This document shows positions 7,897 to 17,266 of a DNA stretch of 64,000 bases, one piece after another. Within the stretch, counting starts at the first letter, position 1. Each line of letters starts with the position of its first letter. The stretch spans positions 3,810 through 67,809 of the forward strand of contig JAZSRY010000069.1 in NCBI GenBank assembly GCA_045538735.1, given 5' to 3'. The DNA comes from Oscillospiraceae bacterium. Lineage in GTDB: Bacteria; Bacillota; Clostridia; Oscillospirales; Oscillospiraceae. The translations under genes were made by a program, and so were the position numbers. The notes beneath the pieces are model-generated. The model made no database searches. It was not told the DNA's origin and saw only the letters and a program-made list of their open reading frames with translations.

Positions 7897-9475
7897 ACTT
7901 ATATTTTTCAATCACCGCTTCGGCAACGCGTATGCCGTCAACGGCGGCGGAGGTGATGCCGCCAGCATAGCCGGCGCCCTCGCCGCAGGGATAAAGTCCC
8001 TTTGCGCTGAGAGAGCACATGTCCTTTCCGCGGAGAATGCGAACGGGGGAGGATGAGCGGGTTTCGGGAGCGGTGAGGACAGCCTCGCTGTCGGCAAAGC
8101 AGCCCAGCTTTTTATTAAGCTCCGGTATAGCTTTTTCAAGGGTGGAGCTTATCTTTTCGGGGAGAAGCTGGTGGAGGTCGCACCAGAAAACTCCCGGGCG
8201 GTAAGTGGGCTTTATTTTGCCGCAGCCCTCACTTGCCTTGCCCGCAAGGAAGTTACCAACAGTCTGGGCAGGGGCTTTGTAGCTGCCTCCGCCGAGAGCA
8301 AAGGCGCGGCGCTCTATTTCCCGCTGCCAGTACATACCTGCCAGCACGCCATCGCCGGGGAAGTCGGAGGGCTCGAGACCAACAAGCAGGGCGGCATTGG
8401 CGTTTTCTCCTGCTCTGCCGGAATAGCTCATTCCGTTGGTGACAACGCCACCCTCTTCGCTGGACGACGCCACAACATAGCCGCCGGGGCACATGCAGAA
8501 GCTGTAGGCGCTCTCGTCCTCGCCGAAGCGGCAGTTGAGCTTATAATCGGCGGCGGGAAGGCTTTTGTAAGCCTCGCCGTATTGGGCAAAGCCAACATCG
8601 CGCTGAAGATGCTCAATGCGCACACCCATGGAAAAGCTCTTGCGCTCCATAGCTATGCCATTTTCGTGGAGATACTCAAAGGTGTCTCTGGCGCTATGGC
8701 CTATTGCAAGAACGATATCTTTGCAGGCAACAACATAGCTGCGTCCCTCGTTTTCTATAGTCGGGTAAGAAACTGCGCCGTTTTTAGTTTCAATTTCAAC
8801 AAGGCGGCTATTAAAGCGGATCTCTCCGCCCAGGGAGATTATATGCTCTCGAATGGCTTTTACAACCTTGCGGAGAACATCGGTGCCCATATGGGGTTTG
8901 GCGTCATAGCAGATTTTTTCGGGAGCGCCGAAGCGGTGAAAAGTTTCCAGCACGAAGGCAACTCTCGGGTCATTTATGCCTGTGTTCAGCTTGCCGTCGG
9001 AAAAAGTTCCTGCGCCGCCTTCGCCGAACTGGACATTGTTTTCCTTGTCCAGGATGCCGCTTTCCCAAAAGCGCTCAATGGCTTTGTGACGAGAGTCCAC
9101 ATCGCCGCCGCGCTCTATAACTATGGGGCGAAGACCGGCTTCTGCAAGAATAAGGGCGGCAAACATACCTGCAGGGCCAAAGCCAACAACCAAGGGGCGC
9201 TTTTCGCTTTGTGCACGGGGAATGGTGTATTCCCGCTTTTTGTAGGGAGCGGTGTTTTTCACCCGCTGCAGAATTTTGCTCTCATCGCAATTAAGCTCAA
9301 GAGCCAGAGTATAAAGCCAATGGATATCATTCTTCTTTCGGGCATCCAGAGACTTTTTGAGAATTTTAAGGGAAACTATGTCACCGCTTTGGAGACGAAG
9401 AGCCTTTGCGGCTTTTTTCTTCAAAAGCTTCTCGCTCTCGTCTATGGCGAGGCGGAGGTTGCGAAGCTCAATCAT
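7895..9475 (-). CDS. FAD-dependent oxidoreductase (COG2509-like uncharacterised dehydrogenase)
   Basis: ORF 7895-9514; I prefer the ATG at 9475 (MIELRNLRL...), which overlaps the upstream stop as ATGA. Rossmann motif VVGFGPAGMFAAL. Confidence 0.85.
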   Translation of the reverse strand: MIELRNLRLAIDESEKLLKKKAAKALRLQSGDIVSLKILKKSLDARKKNDIHWLYTLALELNCDESKILQRVKNTAPYKKREYTIPRAQSEKRPLVVGFGPAGMFAALILAEAGLRPIVIERGGDVDSRHKAIERFWESGILDKENNVQFGEGGAGTFSDGKLNTGINDPRVAFVLETFHRFGAPEKICYDAKPHMGTDVLRKVVKAIREHIISLGGEIRFNSRLVEIETKNGAVSYPTIENEGRSYVVACKDIVLAIGHSARDTFEYLHENGIAMERKSFSMGVRIEHLQRDVGFAQYGEAYKSLPAADYKLNCRFGEDESAYSFCMCPGGYVVASSSEEGGVVTNGMSYSGRAGENANAALLVGLEPSDFPGDGVLAGMYWQREIERRAFALGGGSYKAPAQTVGNFLAGKASEGCGKIKPTYRPGVFWCDLHQLLPEKISSTLEKAIPELNKKLGCFADSEAVLTAPETRSSSPVRILRGKDMCSLSAKGLYPCGEGAGYAGGITSAAVDGIRVAEAVIEKYK

Positions 9476-10680
9476 AGGCTGCCTCCTGCCAAAAGGCCGC
9501 TTGCCCAAGCCCACTGGAGATTAAAGCCTCCGCAGTCGCCGTCAATATCCAGCACCTCGCCGCAGGCGAAAAGGTTGGGGACGATGCGGCTTTCCATAGT
9601 CTTGGGATTGAATTCCGCGGTGGAGATGCCGCCTGCGGTGACCTGAGCGCTTTCAAAGCCGGAAACGCCCGTCACATCAAGGCGAAGGGTCTTGGAGGCG
9701 GAGGCGAGGGCGGCAAGCTGAACTTCGCTGAGCTGAGCGCAGGGACTTTCGGGCTGGATCTCGGCATATTTGCAAAGGGCAAGACCCACGCGGGAATGGA
9801 GGGCTCCGGAAAAAATCTCCTTTGCGGGGGCTTCAGGACGGGCTGCGCGGCGGCGGGCAAGATAGTCCTTTACCTCATCGCGGCTCATGGTCTCGAAAAA
9901 GTCCACACGCAGGCTGACGCCTTCCCCCGCTGTTGCAACAGCGCGGGAAATATCGAATACCACAGTGCCGGAAACGCCGTTTTCCGCGAAAAGCAGGTCT
10001 CCGCTGCCGAAGCTTATCTTGTTTTTGCCTTTGAAGACATGAACGCCTGCCTGCACCTTGATGCCCTTCATGCTGCGGGGTATCTCGGGGCGGGTGCGAA
10101 TCTGGGTGAGGCTTGGATAAAGAGAAGTGCGGCTGTGGCCGAGGCTTTTGAGAAGATTATAGCCGTCCATAACTCCTCCAAGCTTGCTGCCTGCGCAGCC
10201 GCCGCAGGCGATTATGAGCTTGTCGCAGTCCATCCCGCCCCCTTCCCAGCTCAGGGAGAAGCGCTTGCCCTTGCGGCGGACGCTTTCCACGGTGACTCCG
10301 CAGAGAAGCTCAATATTGGGCTTTTCAAGGGCGAAGCGCAGCACATCCAGCACGCTGGAGGCCTGATTGCTGAGGGGGTACACTCTGCCGCCGTATTCTG
10401 TTACGGTCATAAGACCGAGGGCGGAGAAAAACTCAAGCACCTTTTCGGGAGTCCAAAGAGAGAGCGCATGGGCGGCAAAAGCGGGGGCTGCACCGTGATA
10501 GCGGGAAAGCTCGGTCTCCATATTGGTGAGGTTGCATCTGCCGTTGCCGCTGCTGAGAAGCTTGCGTCCCACGCGGGCCTGACGCTCAATAACTGTCACA
10601 TGGTGCTCTCCGTTTTCCGCTGCTGCAATAGCTGCGGCCATTCCGGATGCGCCTGCGCCAATAATTACCACTTCTGCCAT
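9472..10680 (-). CDS. HI0933/BaiN-family NAD(P)/FAD-dependent oxidoreductase
   Basis: ORF 9472-10725; I prefer the ATG at 10680 (MAEVVIIGAGASGMAAA). Family-typical SGNGRCNLTN and GGISTAEFNPKTMESR motifs. Confidence 0.85.
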   Translation of the reverse strand: MAEVVIIGAGASGMAAAIAAAENGEHHVTVIERQARVGRKLLSSGNGRCNLTNMETELSRYHGAAPAFAAHALSLWTPEKVLEFFSALGLMTVTEYGGRVYPLSNQASSVLDVLRFALEKPNIELLCGVTVESVRRKGKRFSLSWEGGGMDCDKLIIACGGCAGSKLGGVMDGYNLLKSLGHSRTSLYPSLTQIRTRPEIPRSMKGIKVQAGVHVFKGKNKISFGSGDLLFAENGVSGTVVFDISRAVATAGEGVSLRVDFFETMSRDEVKDYLARRRAARPEAPAKEIFSGALHSRVGLALCKYAEIQPESPCAQLSEVQLAALASASKTLRLDVTGVSGFESAQVTAGGISTAEFNPKTMESRIVPNLFACGEVLDIDGDCGGFNLQWAWASGLLAGGSL

Positions 10681-10883
10681 AAATATTTCTGCCTTTCCCC
10701 TTGAAATGTTGCCGTTTTGTTGCAATTTGATGTTATAAGTATTTTAATCCAGCCCGAAGAAAATTACAAGCACCTTACCAAATCTTGGGATATTATGTTG
10801 ACTTGTGTTTAAGTGCTGTGCTAGAATTATTTGATAGTAAATTATTGCTTTTCATATAGGACATATTCGAAAGGAATCAGAAA

Positions 10884-12230
10884 ATGGGCGACAACATTTT
10901 TGATAAGGAAAGGACCCTCGCCGGGAAAATGGGCTCTTTCAGCCCCGGTGAAGCCATTGCTCTGGGCATTGCGCTCTGCAAAGCTGCGGAGGCGGCTGCC
11001 GACGGAGAATTCCGCGGCGGAATCTGGCCCGGCAACATCACTTTTGAGGATGGCTGCGCGGCATTAGGTCCTTATTTGGAAAAAGATCTTAAGGAAATGG
11101 GACCTGATGCCATTGAATATCTGGCTCCCGAGCAATTCTGGAAAGGCGAAACCTCTCCCGCCTGCGACAGCTACTCCATCGGACTTATACTCTATACAGC
11201 CCTCAACGGAGGCCTGCTGCCTTTCTTTGAGGAAAAGAAGGAGTTCACTCCTCAGGACCGCGCCGCAGCGCTGCAGAAGCGTATGCGCGGCAACGATATG
11301 GTCTATCCCCGCTATGCCTGCCGTGAGCTGGGCGATGTTATCCTCTGCGCTCTTGAGTTCGAGGCCGAGGAGCGCTTCCCCTGCCCCGAAGCTATGCGGG
11401 CAGCTCTTGAAGCTCTGCCCGAGGAGGCCGCCATCCCCGCTGTTGCTCCCGTCATCCGCCTCAAGCCCAGTGAGCTTGAGAACAGACGCTCTTACCGGGT
11501 GGACAAGCTTTTTGAAAAGGTATCTCCCTTCCGTCATCCCAAGCCCCCCAAGCGCAGCACCACGGTGAAAGAGAATATGGATATCCGCGAGTTCCGCAAG
11601 CCCTCCATCAGACGCAGATGGATAGGCCCCGGCGCCGTTGTGCTTGTTATCATTATTGCCCTCGCCCTTATTATAAGAGGCTGCAGTATGGACAGAGCTG
11701 AGCGTCCCGACCCGGACGAGACTCCCTCCATGTCTGAGGGCATCAGCACCGAAAGCCCCAAGCCCCAGACTCCCTCCACCCCCACCATCATTGTTCCCTC
11801 CACTCCCACTCCCAGCCCCACTCCTCCCGCCGAGCCTACCTTCACTGTTTACAGAGAAGACCTCACCTGGGAGCAGGCAAGAGATAAGTGTGAGGAAATG
11901 GGCGGCCATCTGGCGGTTGTGGACAGCGAGGAGCGCTTCAATGAGCTTTGCGTGCTTGCTCAGCAGCAGGGTCTCACCTATGTTTGGCTGGGCTCTTACC
12001 GCGGCACCGACGGCGAATGGTATAATGTGGACGGCAGCAAGCTGAGCTTCACCCGCTGGGATGCAGGCGAGCCCTCCGTTATGGACCTTGACGGAACAAG
12101 AGAGGACTATCTGCTTCTCTGGTACCGCGCAAACCAGAACCGCTGGTGCTTCAACGATATGAGAAACGACCCCATGGCTGTTGTTGCGTCCTACAGAGGC
12201 AAGATTGGCTATATTTTCCAGACCAATTAA
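10884..12230 (+). CDS. Membrane protein: degenerate Ser/Thr-kinase C-lobe (pseudokinase), one TM helix, Pro/Thr/Ser linker, extracellular C-type lectin-like domain
   Basis: 448-aa ORF. YLAPEQF (APE) and DSYSIGLILY (subdomain IX) are present. There is no Gly-loop or VAIK N-lobe; HRDLKPxN is replaced by FRGGIWPGN and DFG by ALG. TM segment GAVVLVIIIALALII. The C-terminus has CTLD hallmarks (TWEQARDKCEEMGGHLAVV, YVWLGS, GEPS, WCFND). Confidence 0.8.
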   Translation: MGDNIFDKERTLAGKMGSFSPGEAIALGIALCKAAEAAADGEFRGGIWPGNITFEDGCAALGPYLEKDLKEMGPDAIEYLAPEQFWKGETSPACDSYSIGLILYTALNGGLLPFFEEKKEFTPQDRAAALQKRMRGNDMVYPRYACRELGDVILCALEFEAEERFPCPEAMRAALEALPEEAAIPAVAPVIRLKPSELENRRSYRVDKLFEKVSPFRHPKPPKRSTTVKENMDIREFRKPSIRRRWIGPGAVVLVIIIALALIIRGCSMDRAERPDPDETPSMSEGISTESPKPQTPSTPTIIVPSTPTPSPTPPAEPTFTVYREDLTWEQARDKCEEMGGHLAVVDSEERFNELCVLAQQQGLTYVWLGSYRGTDGEWYNVDGSKLSFTRWDAGEPSVMDLDGTREDYLLLWYRANQNRWCFNDMRNDPMAVVASYRGKIGYIFQTN

Positions 12231-12367
12231 AAAATTTACATATTACAAGGGCTTTTTTGCAGGGAGCGGAGCTTAACCCCCTTGCAATAAACGGAGAAAT
12301 AGTGTAAAATCTTTTAGTTAATAAAACAAAAAAATAAATTAATGTATAATATAGGAGGAAACCTGTT

Positions 12368-12931
12368 ATGATTTCTGCAGGCGATTTCAGAAATGGCGTA
12401 ACTTTCGAGATGGACGGCAACGTAATGCAGGTCGTCGAATTCCAGCATGTTAAGCCCGGCAAGGGCGCTGCCTTTGTCCGCACCAAGATGAGAAACGTCA
12501 TCACCGGCGCTGTCACCGAAACTTCTTTCAACCCCACTGCTAAGTTCGAGGAAGCAAGCATCGAGCGCCGCAGCATGGAGTATAGCTACACCGACGGTGA
12601 TCTCTATTACTTCATGGACAACGAGACCTATGATCTCGAGCCCGTCAATTCCGATGTTCTTGGCGATAACTTCAAGTTCGTCAAGGAGAATATGACTTGC
12701 ACCGTTATGAGCTACAAGGGCAAGAGCTTCAACGTTGGGCCTCCCTTCTTCGTTGATCTGGAGGTCACCGATACCGACCCCGGCTTCGCCGGCAACACCG
12801 CAACCAACGCTCTCAAGCCCGCTACCGTTGAGACCGGCGCTGAGATCAAGGTTCCCCTCTTCATCGAAATCGGTGAGGTTATCCAGATCGACACCCGTAC
12901 CGGCGAGTACCTCTCCAGATCCAAGAAGTAA
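12368..12931 (+). CDS. efp: Translation elongation factor P
   Basis: 187-aa [46 protein letters not shown], with AGGAGG RBS. Confidence 0.96.
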   Translation: MISAGDFRNGVTFEMDGNVMQVVEFQHVKPGKGAAFVRTKMRNVITGAVTETSFNPTAKFEEASIERRSMEYSYTDGDLYYFMDNETYDLEPVNSDVLGDNFKFVKENMTCTVMSYKGKSFNVGPPFFVDLEVTDTDPGFAGNTATNALKPATVETGAEIKVPLFIEIGEVIQIDTRTGEYLSRSKK

Positions 12932-12957
12932 TTTAATATCTAACAGGAGGTTAGGTT

Positions 12958-13386
12958 ATGACCACTGCTGAAAAAGTTGCTTACCTGAAGGGCCTTATGG
13001 AAGGCATGAACATCGACCGCGAGTCCAACGAAGGCAAGCTCTTCTCCGTTATCGCCGACATTCTCAATGATGTCGCTCTCGATATCGAAGAGCTGGAAAG
13101 CGATATCTTCGACCTGGGCGAAGATGTTGACGCCATCAGCGACGATCTCTCCGACGTTGAGGATTACCTCTTCGAGGATGAGGACGAGGACGAGTATGAC
13201 GACGATGATGAAGATTATGAGTATGACGAGGACGAGGAGCCCCTTTTCTTTGAGGTAACCTGCCCCGCCTGCGAGAACACCATCACCGTTGACGAAGACG
13301 TTGTAAACCTCGGCGCTATCCAGTGCCCCAACTGCGGCGAAATGCTGGAGTTCGAGTTCGACGAGGAAGAGGAAGAAGACGACTGA
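12958..13386 (+). CDS. Highly acidic small protein with a C-terminal CxxC...CxxC zinc ribbon
   Basis: 142-aa ORF with AGGAGG RBS. It has a D/E-rich centre and the motif CPACENTITV...CPNCGEM. This type is commonly found downstream of efp in Clostridia, as I recall. Confidence 0.75.
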   Translation: MTTAEKVAYLKGLMEGMNIDRESNEGKLFSVIADILNDVALDIEELESDIFDLGEDVDAISDDLSDVEDYLFEDEDEDEYDDDDEDYEYDEDEEPLFFEVTCPACENTITVDEDVVNLGAIQCPNCGEMLEFEFDEEEEEDD

Positions 13387-13451
13387 TTTTATCCATCAAC
13401 AAGGGACGGTTGAAAGCCGTCCCTTGAAGCTTATATGGGGAGTAAAGATAT

Positions 13452-13811
13452 ATGACTTTTTTCTATAGACCCGATTGCAAGGATTGCCTTATGGTAAAGG
13501 CATGGCTGGATAAACACGGCGTTGAGTATGAGGAGCGGGATATGAACGTCAATCCCCCCACGGGAGAAGAGATTCTTGAGTGGGCCCAGAAATACCACTA
13601 CCCCATGAGATCCTTTATCCGCCCCAGAAAGTTCAGCCTGAAGGCAATGCTGCTCATAAACCAGATGGTGAATATGGAGCGCCATGCCCGTGCATTTGTT
13701 ATTGCCGGCGCCCATGAATATATGATCTGCCCCATTATGGAGGGCGAGGATTTTGTCGTTATGGGTCTGGATAACGCCCAGTGGCGCAAAGCGCTGAATA
13801 TTCAGTCGTAA
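13452..13811 (+). CDS. ArsC/Spx/MgsR-family (glutaredoxin-fold) protein
   Basis: 119-aa ORF with an N-terminal CKDC redox motif and the pattern WLDKHGVEYEERD typical of this family. Confidence 0.7.
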   Translation: MTFFYRPDCKDCLMVKAWLDKHGVEYEERDMNVNPPTGEEILEWAQKYHYPMRSFIRPRKFSLKAMLLINQMVNMERHARAFVIAGAHEYMICPIMEGEDFVVMGLDNAQWRKALNIQS

Positions 13812-13830
13812 AAAAATCGATGCGGGGGGC

Positions 13831-13859
13831 TTGACGAAGACCCCCGCATATGTTATTAT
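13831..13859 (+). promoter_or_regulatory. Candidate promoter of tRNA-fMet (TTGACG-17-TATTAT)
   Basis: Read directly from the sequence; it lies about 27 nt upstream of the mature tRNA 5' end. Confidence 0.5.
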
Positions 13860-13885
13860 GTTTAAGCTCCAAGTGAGCGCAATAT

Positions 13886-13961
<76 letters not shown>

Positions 13962-13962
<1 letters not shown>

Positions 13963-14053
13963 AAAAAAGACAGTCCACCGCTGGTGGGCTGTCTTTTTTC
14001 GTTATGGAGTCAAATTTTGCATCAATGATATTCGGGTTATGCACCGACGAGCG
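13962..14053. repeat. 92-bp direct repeat DR1 (terminator plus about 55 bp downstream)
   Basis: Matches 15968-16059 base for base by eye. Confidence 0.9.
13968..14000 (+). terminator. Intrinsic terminator after tRNA-fMet (part of direct repeat DR1)
   Basis: AGACAGTCCACC-GC-TGGTGGGCTGTCT followed by TTTTTT. Confidence 0.85.
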
Positions 14054-14311
14054 TAGCTCGTTGGGAATTGCCCATTGCCGCTGCCGGGGGCAGATGAAGG
14101 CAATGGGCAATTTCCGCAGCCGCACCGCTTTTCGGCGCGGTTTTAATGCCGCGACGGAAACGGTAAAAGCGGCAAGGCGGCCCGAAGGGATAACCCGGTC
14201 GGTCAAAACGTCAGGAGAAACGCACTGCCCTTTCCTCGGAGCATAGCTCCTGCGGCTTACGCTAAAAATATGCCACCGGCATATTTTCTTAACGCTGCAG
14301 GGGCGCCCGGG

Positions 14312-14332
14312 AAATCCGGCCCCCGCAACCAA
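14312..14332. repeat. Duplicate of the last 20-21 nt of tRNA-fMet (AAATCCGGCCCCCGCAACCA), att-like
   Basis: Exact copy of 13943-13962. There is no upstream tRNA body, so this is not a gene. Confidence 0.85.
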
Positions 14333-14526
14333 CAATGCGAACCGATTTAGATATCGGCGCAGAAAAGTCCGAAACCATAGCGGTTGTGGACTTTTTCTTT
14401 GTGTTTTTAGTGGTTGAATTTTATAGATATCCTCCGCCAAAAACAGCCTTCGGGGAGGACTTGAACTAAATTTGAAACAATAATGGAAATATTGCGTATG
14501 AAATCGTTATATTTCCGTTCATTTTC

Positions 14527-15786
14527 TCAATTACCTATTTTTCTGTAAAGAGCTTGGAATATCTCAAACGGCTCACGCCAATGTTCATAATAGCGCATAA
14601 TGACGCTTGCTGCGGGCAAACCTTCTTTGCTTAGGTCGTGGTGTTTAGGAATAGGCTTACCGGATCTAACATAGCCCGAAATAATATCATCCACTTCTTG
14701 CTTTGTGTATTTTGCCTTTTTGCTTTTGAGAACTGTAATATTAAACCGTTGAGCAAACACATCAAATGACTTGTATCTACCACGGATAACATCTATACCA
14801 TAGGGGAACGTCTCAAAGAATTGCTCCCTTGATTCAACTACGCGTTCTTTGCCGTTAAAATATATCGCAACCGCTGCCTCGACTTCTTCTTCGGAAACAT
14901 AAATGTTTTTTGATATAGATGCACCTACTGTTTTTTGGTATGTAGGCATATCTCCAAAAAGTCTGTATATAACAGACATTGGAGGCAAGCCATTAGCGCG
15001 GTTACAATCCTTTTGGGTTAGTTTCCCGTTGTTTTGGCTAACAAATCTTTTTCCTTCAATTATAGCTTCTTCTTTTGTCCAAACACCGCGAGCATCAAGA
15101 TCACAAAGGCCTTGTTTGATTTCTGTAAAATTCTTATACTCGGGATAGTAGTTTAATATACAATTTATGGAGGGTAGTCCGTTCTCTTTTCGAATATCTT
15201 TTTGCGTAATTTTTCCGTGCGCAGACACAAACGATCTTAGTGCTGCGGCAATATTCTCTCTATTCCAATTTAAAGAAATATCTGTAATACCGAACGCTTT
15301 TTTTAATTCATTAAGTGTACCATAGTATTTTACCATATAGCTTATACCAGGTAAATGGTTGTATTCCCTACTAAAGTCGATTTGCCGGATATCTCCCTTT
15401 TCTTCAATAAATTTCCCCACAATATAGTCAAATTTCTCTTTTGTCATTTTACTATCTGTGGTGTCTTGCGGAATAGTAACGGGAACTGGTTTAGCTTCTT
15501 CCCTAAATGACTTTCCGCTTAGAAACTGACGTGCTTTTTCTTCCATAACAATGTCTTTTAATTCTTTGTCGCTTTTCTTGAGATTACACTCAACGCAAAG
15601 AATCTGGCAATTTTCCAAGGTAGAAGATCCACCCTTTGCGTACGGAATTATGTGATCAAAGTGGCATTCCCCAATGGAGAATATTTGTTTTTCACACAAT
15701 TCGCATTGAATAATGCCGTTGTTCTTTTCCAAATTGGCTTTTACAACTCCAAACTGCACTGCTTCTGAAAAATTTCTACCCGCCAT
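14527..15786 (-). CDS. HNH endonuclease with C-terminal tandem homing-endonuclease-associated repeats
   Basis: 419-aa ORF, strongly AT-rich. HNH motif CELCEKQ...HFDHIIPYAKGGSSTLENCQILCVECNLKKS. It is followed by 4-5 roughly 65-aa repeats of the type G(K)ITQKD.....NGLPS...I...YG. Confidence 0.88.
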   Translation of the reverse strand: MAGRNFSEAVQFGVVKANLEKNNGIIQCELCEKQIFSIGECHFDHIIPYAKGGSSTLENCQILCVECNLKKSDKELKDIVMEEKARQFLSGKSFREEAKPVPVTIPQDTTDSKMTKEKFDYIVGKFIEEKGDIRQIDFSREYNHLPGISYMVKYYGTLNELKKAFGITDISLNWNRENIAAALRSFVSAHGKITQKDIRKENGLPSINCILNYYPEYKNFTEIKQGLCDLDARGVWTKEEAIIEGKRFVSQNNGKLTQKDCNRANGLPPMSVIYRLFGDMPTYQKTVGASISKNIYVSEEEVEAAVAIYFNGKERVVESREQFFETFPYGIDVIRGRYKSFDVFAQRFNITVLKSKKAKYTKQEVDDIISGYVRSGKPIPKHHDLSKEGLPAASVIMRYYEHWREPFEIFQALYRKIGN

Positions 15787-15967
15787 TTTTAATATCTCCT
15801 TTCAAATTGTTGCAACCAACATTGAAAACAATTGTAATAGTTGGAATATTTGTTGATATTAATTCGATAGCTGATGATTTTTTAAGTATTATGCCATTTT
15901 TTAATGAGTAAAACAAGTATGGGCGGGCAATTATTTTTAATGATATCTAAATCGGTGCAACTTGCCA

Positions 15968-16059
15968 AAAAAAAGACAGTCCACCGCTGGTGGGCTGTCT
16001 TTTTTCGTTATGGAGTCAAATTTTGCATCAATGATATTCGGGTTATGCACCGACGAGCG
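15968..16059. repeat. 92-bp direct repeat DR2 (includes a second copy of the tRNA terminator)
   Basis: Identical to DR1. It is preceded by AAATCGGTGCAACTTGCCA, a degenerate version of the tRNA-fMet 3' end. Confidence 0.9.
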
Positions 16060-16104
16060 GCTTTCCAATAAACATAGCTGCCTGTTGATAAATTTGAGGA
16101 AAGG

Positions 16105-16127
16105 TCGCCCTTGAGGGCGATTTTTTT
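16105..16127 (+). terminator. Intrinsic terminator
   Basis: TCGCCC-TTGA-GGGCGA followed by TTTTTTT. Confidence 0.7.
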
Positions 16128-16245
16128 ATGCCGCCAATCGAAGTTGTGGAAAGAAGTGTTGAAAAATGTTGAAAAAAGCCGAGAAAATAGTTGACATAAA
16201 ATATAATAGTAGTATACTGTTGGGTGTATTATGTAAAATGCTAAA

Positions 16246-16632
16246 ATGGACAAAAATGTAGATTTGCAAGCGCTGATAGTTGAACCTTTGGAGGAAACCG
16301 CAGTGACAGATAAAGATCTGAAAAAATTGAATCGTTATCAGCTTTTGGAGCTTCTGATCGTTCAAACGAGACGGGCAGACGAGCTGCAGACCAAGCTGGA
16401 TGAAGCGGAGAAGCAATTGACAGATAAAGATATCAAAATGGTTTCTTTGGGTTCCATTGCTGAAGCCTCTTTGCAATTGGGCGGCGTATTCCAGGCGGCA
16501 CAGGAAGCGGCCGATCTTTATATCGACGGGGCCAAAAAGAAGGCCGAAGAAATTGAGCGCACTGCATATAAAAAGGCTGCGGAGATTCTTGCTCAGGCTC
16601 AGGCTCAGGCTCGCCGCATCAAAGGTGAATGA
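16246..16632 (+). CDS. DivIVA-like coiled-coil protein, first gene of the pilus locus
   Basis: 128-aa ORF with a heptad-rich sequence. The segment SLGSIAEASLQLGGVFQAAQEAADLYIDGAKKKAEEIER resembles the DivIVA central region. The stop is 7 nt before the signal peptidase gene. Confidence 0.6.
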   Translation: MDKNVDLQALIVEPLEETAVTDKDLKKLNRYQLLELLIVQTRRADELQTKLDEAEKQLTDKDIKMVSLGSIAEASLQLGGVFQAAQEAADLYIDGAKKKAEEIERTAYKKAAEILAQAQAQARRIKGE

Positions 16633-16638
16633 TAAGCT

Positions 16639-17235
16639 ATGGAAAAATATGTTGCCAAACACAGCAGGCGCGAAATGCCGCCGCTGGATGCTCTGCAAGA
16701 GGAGCTGAAGCGTGAGCGTTATAAGCGCCGTTTTCGCAGATTGCTGCGCAGTACGATTAGTGCCTTGATCGTTGTGGCTGCGATTGCGAGTTTGATTGCC
16801 ACACTGGTATTGCCGGTGCTGCAGATAGCCGGTACAAGCATGGAGCCCAGTTTGAATGATGGAGATATTGTCCTGTTGGTAAAAACGGATAATCTGAAAT
16901 CCGGCGACTTGTGCTCTTTTTATTATTCCAACAAAATACTGATCAAGCGGATTATTGCCACGCCGGGAGATTATATCTGGATCGAATCCGACGGAACAGT
17001 ATTTCTGAACGGCGAAGCTATGGATGAGCCCTATGTCAGCGAAAAGGCCTTGGGTGAATGCGACGTGAAGTTCCCGTATCAGGTGCCGGAGAACCATTAC
17101 TTTGTGATGGGAGACAAAAGAGAGTCCTCCATCGACAGCCGCAGCAGTGTGATCGGCTGCATTGCCGAAGATCAAATGGTCGGCAAGATCTTTTGCAAGA
17201 TATGGCCTTTATCTGAATTTAAATTTATGAACTAA
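16639..17235 (+). CDS. Signal peptidase I (S26A) with N-terminal membrane anchor
   Basis: 198-aa ORF with the catalytic Ser box GTSMEPS, the Lys box ILIKRIIATPGD, and box E GDKRESSIDSR. Confidence 0.9.
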   Translation: MEKYVAKHSRREMPPLDALQEELKRERYKRRFRRLLRSTISALIVVAAIASLIATLVLPVLQIAGTSMEPSLNDGDIVLLVKTDNLKSGDLCSFYYSNKILIKRIIATPGDYIWIESDGTVFLNGEAMDEPYVSEKALGECDVKFPYQVPENHYFVMGDKRESSIDSRSSVIGCIAEDQMVGKIFCKIWPLSEFKFMN

Positions 17236-17266
17236 CACCGTGTATCAAGGGAAAGGAGGTGTGATT

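Noticed and set aside
11841-12227. C-type lectin domain as the variable target of a diversity-generating retroelement.
   Set aside because: There is no reverse transcriptase, no template repeat and no second near-identical copy of the 3' end of the gene in this window. The domain looks like a canonical CTLD rather than an Mtd/TvpA-type one.
13400-13426. Hairpin CAAGGGACGG-TTGAAAG-CCGTCCCTTG after the acidic zinc-ribbon gene, considered as an intrinsic terminator.
   Set aside because: The stem is good but no T-run follows, so I do not list it as a terminator. It may still act as an RNA-stabilising element.
14054-14332. The idea that the structured segment ending in a tRNA-like 3' end might be a tmRNA or another tRNA-like RNA.
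   Set aside because: The T-arm cannot be formed (the sequence 5' of AAATCC does not pair with CCGGC). There is no acceptor 5' strand and no tag-ORF or resume codon. The 20-nt identity to tRNA-fMet is better explained as an att-site duplication.
16126-17175. 349-aa minus-strand ORF. A 419-aa minus-strand ORF at 19625-20884 also lies inside the pilus locus.
   Set aside because: They are opposite the signal peptidase and tip-adhesin genes, which carry diagnostic motifs. The translations are Gln/Leu/Phe/Ile-rich, non-protein-like strings.
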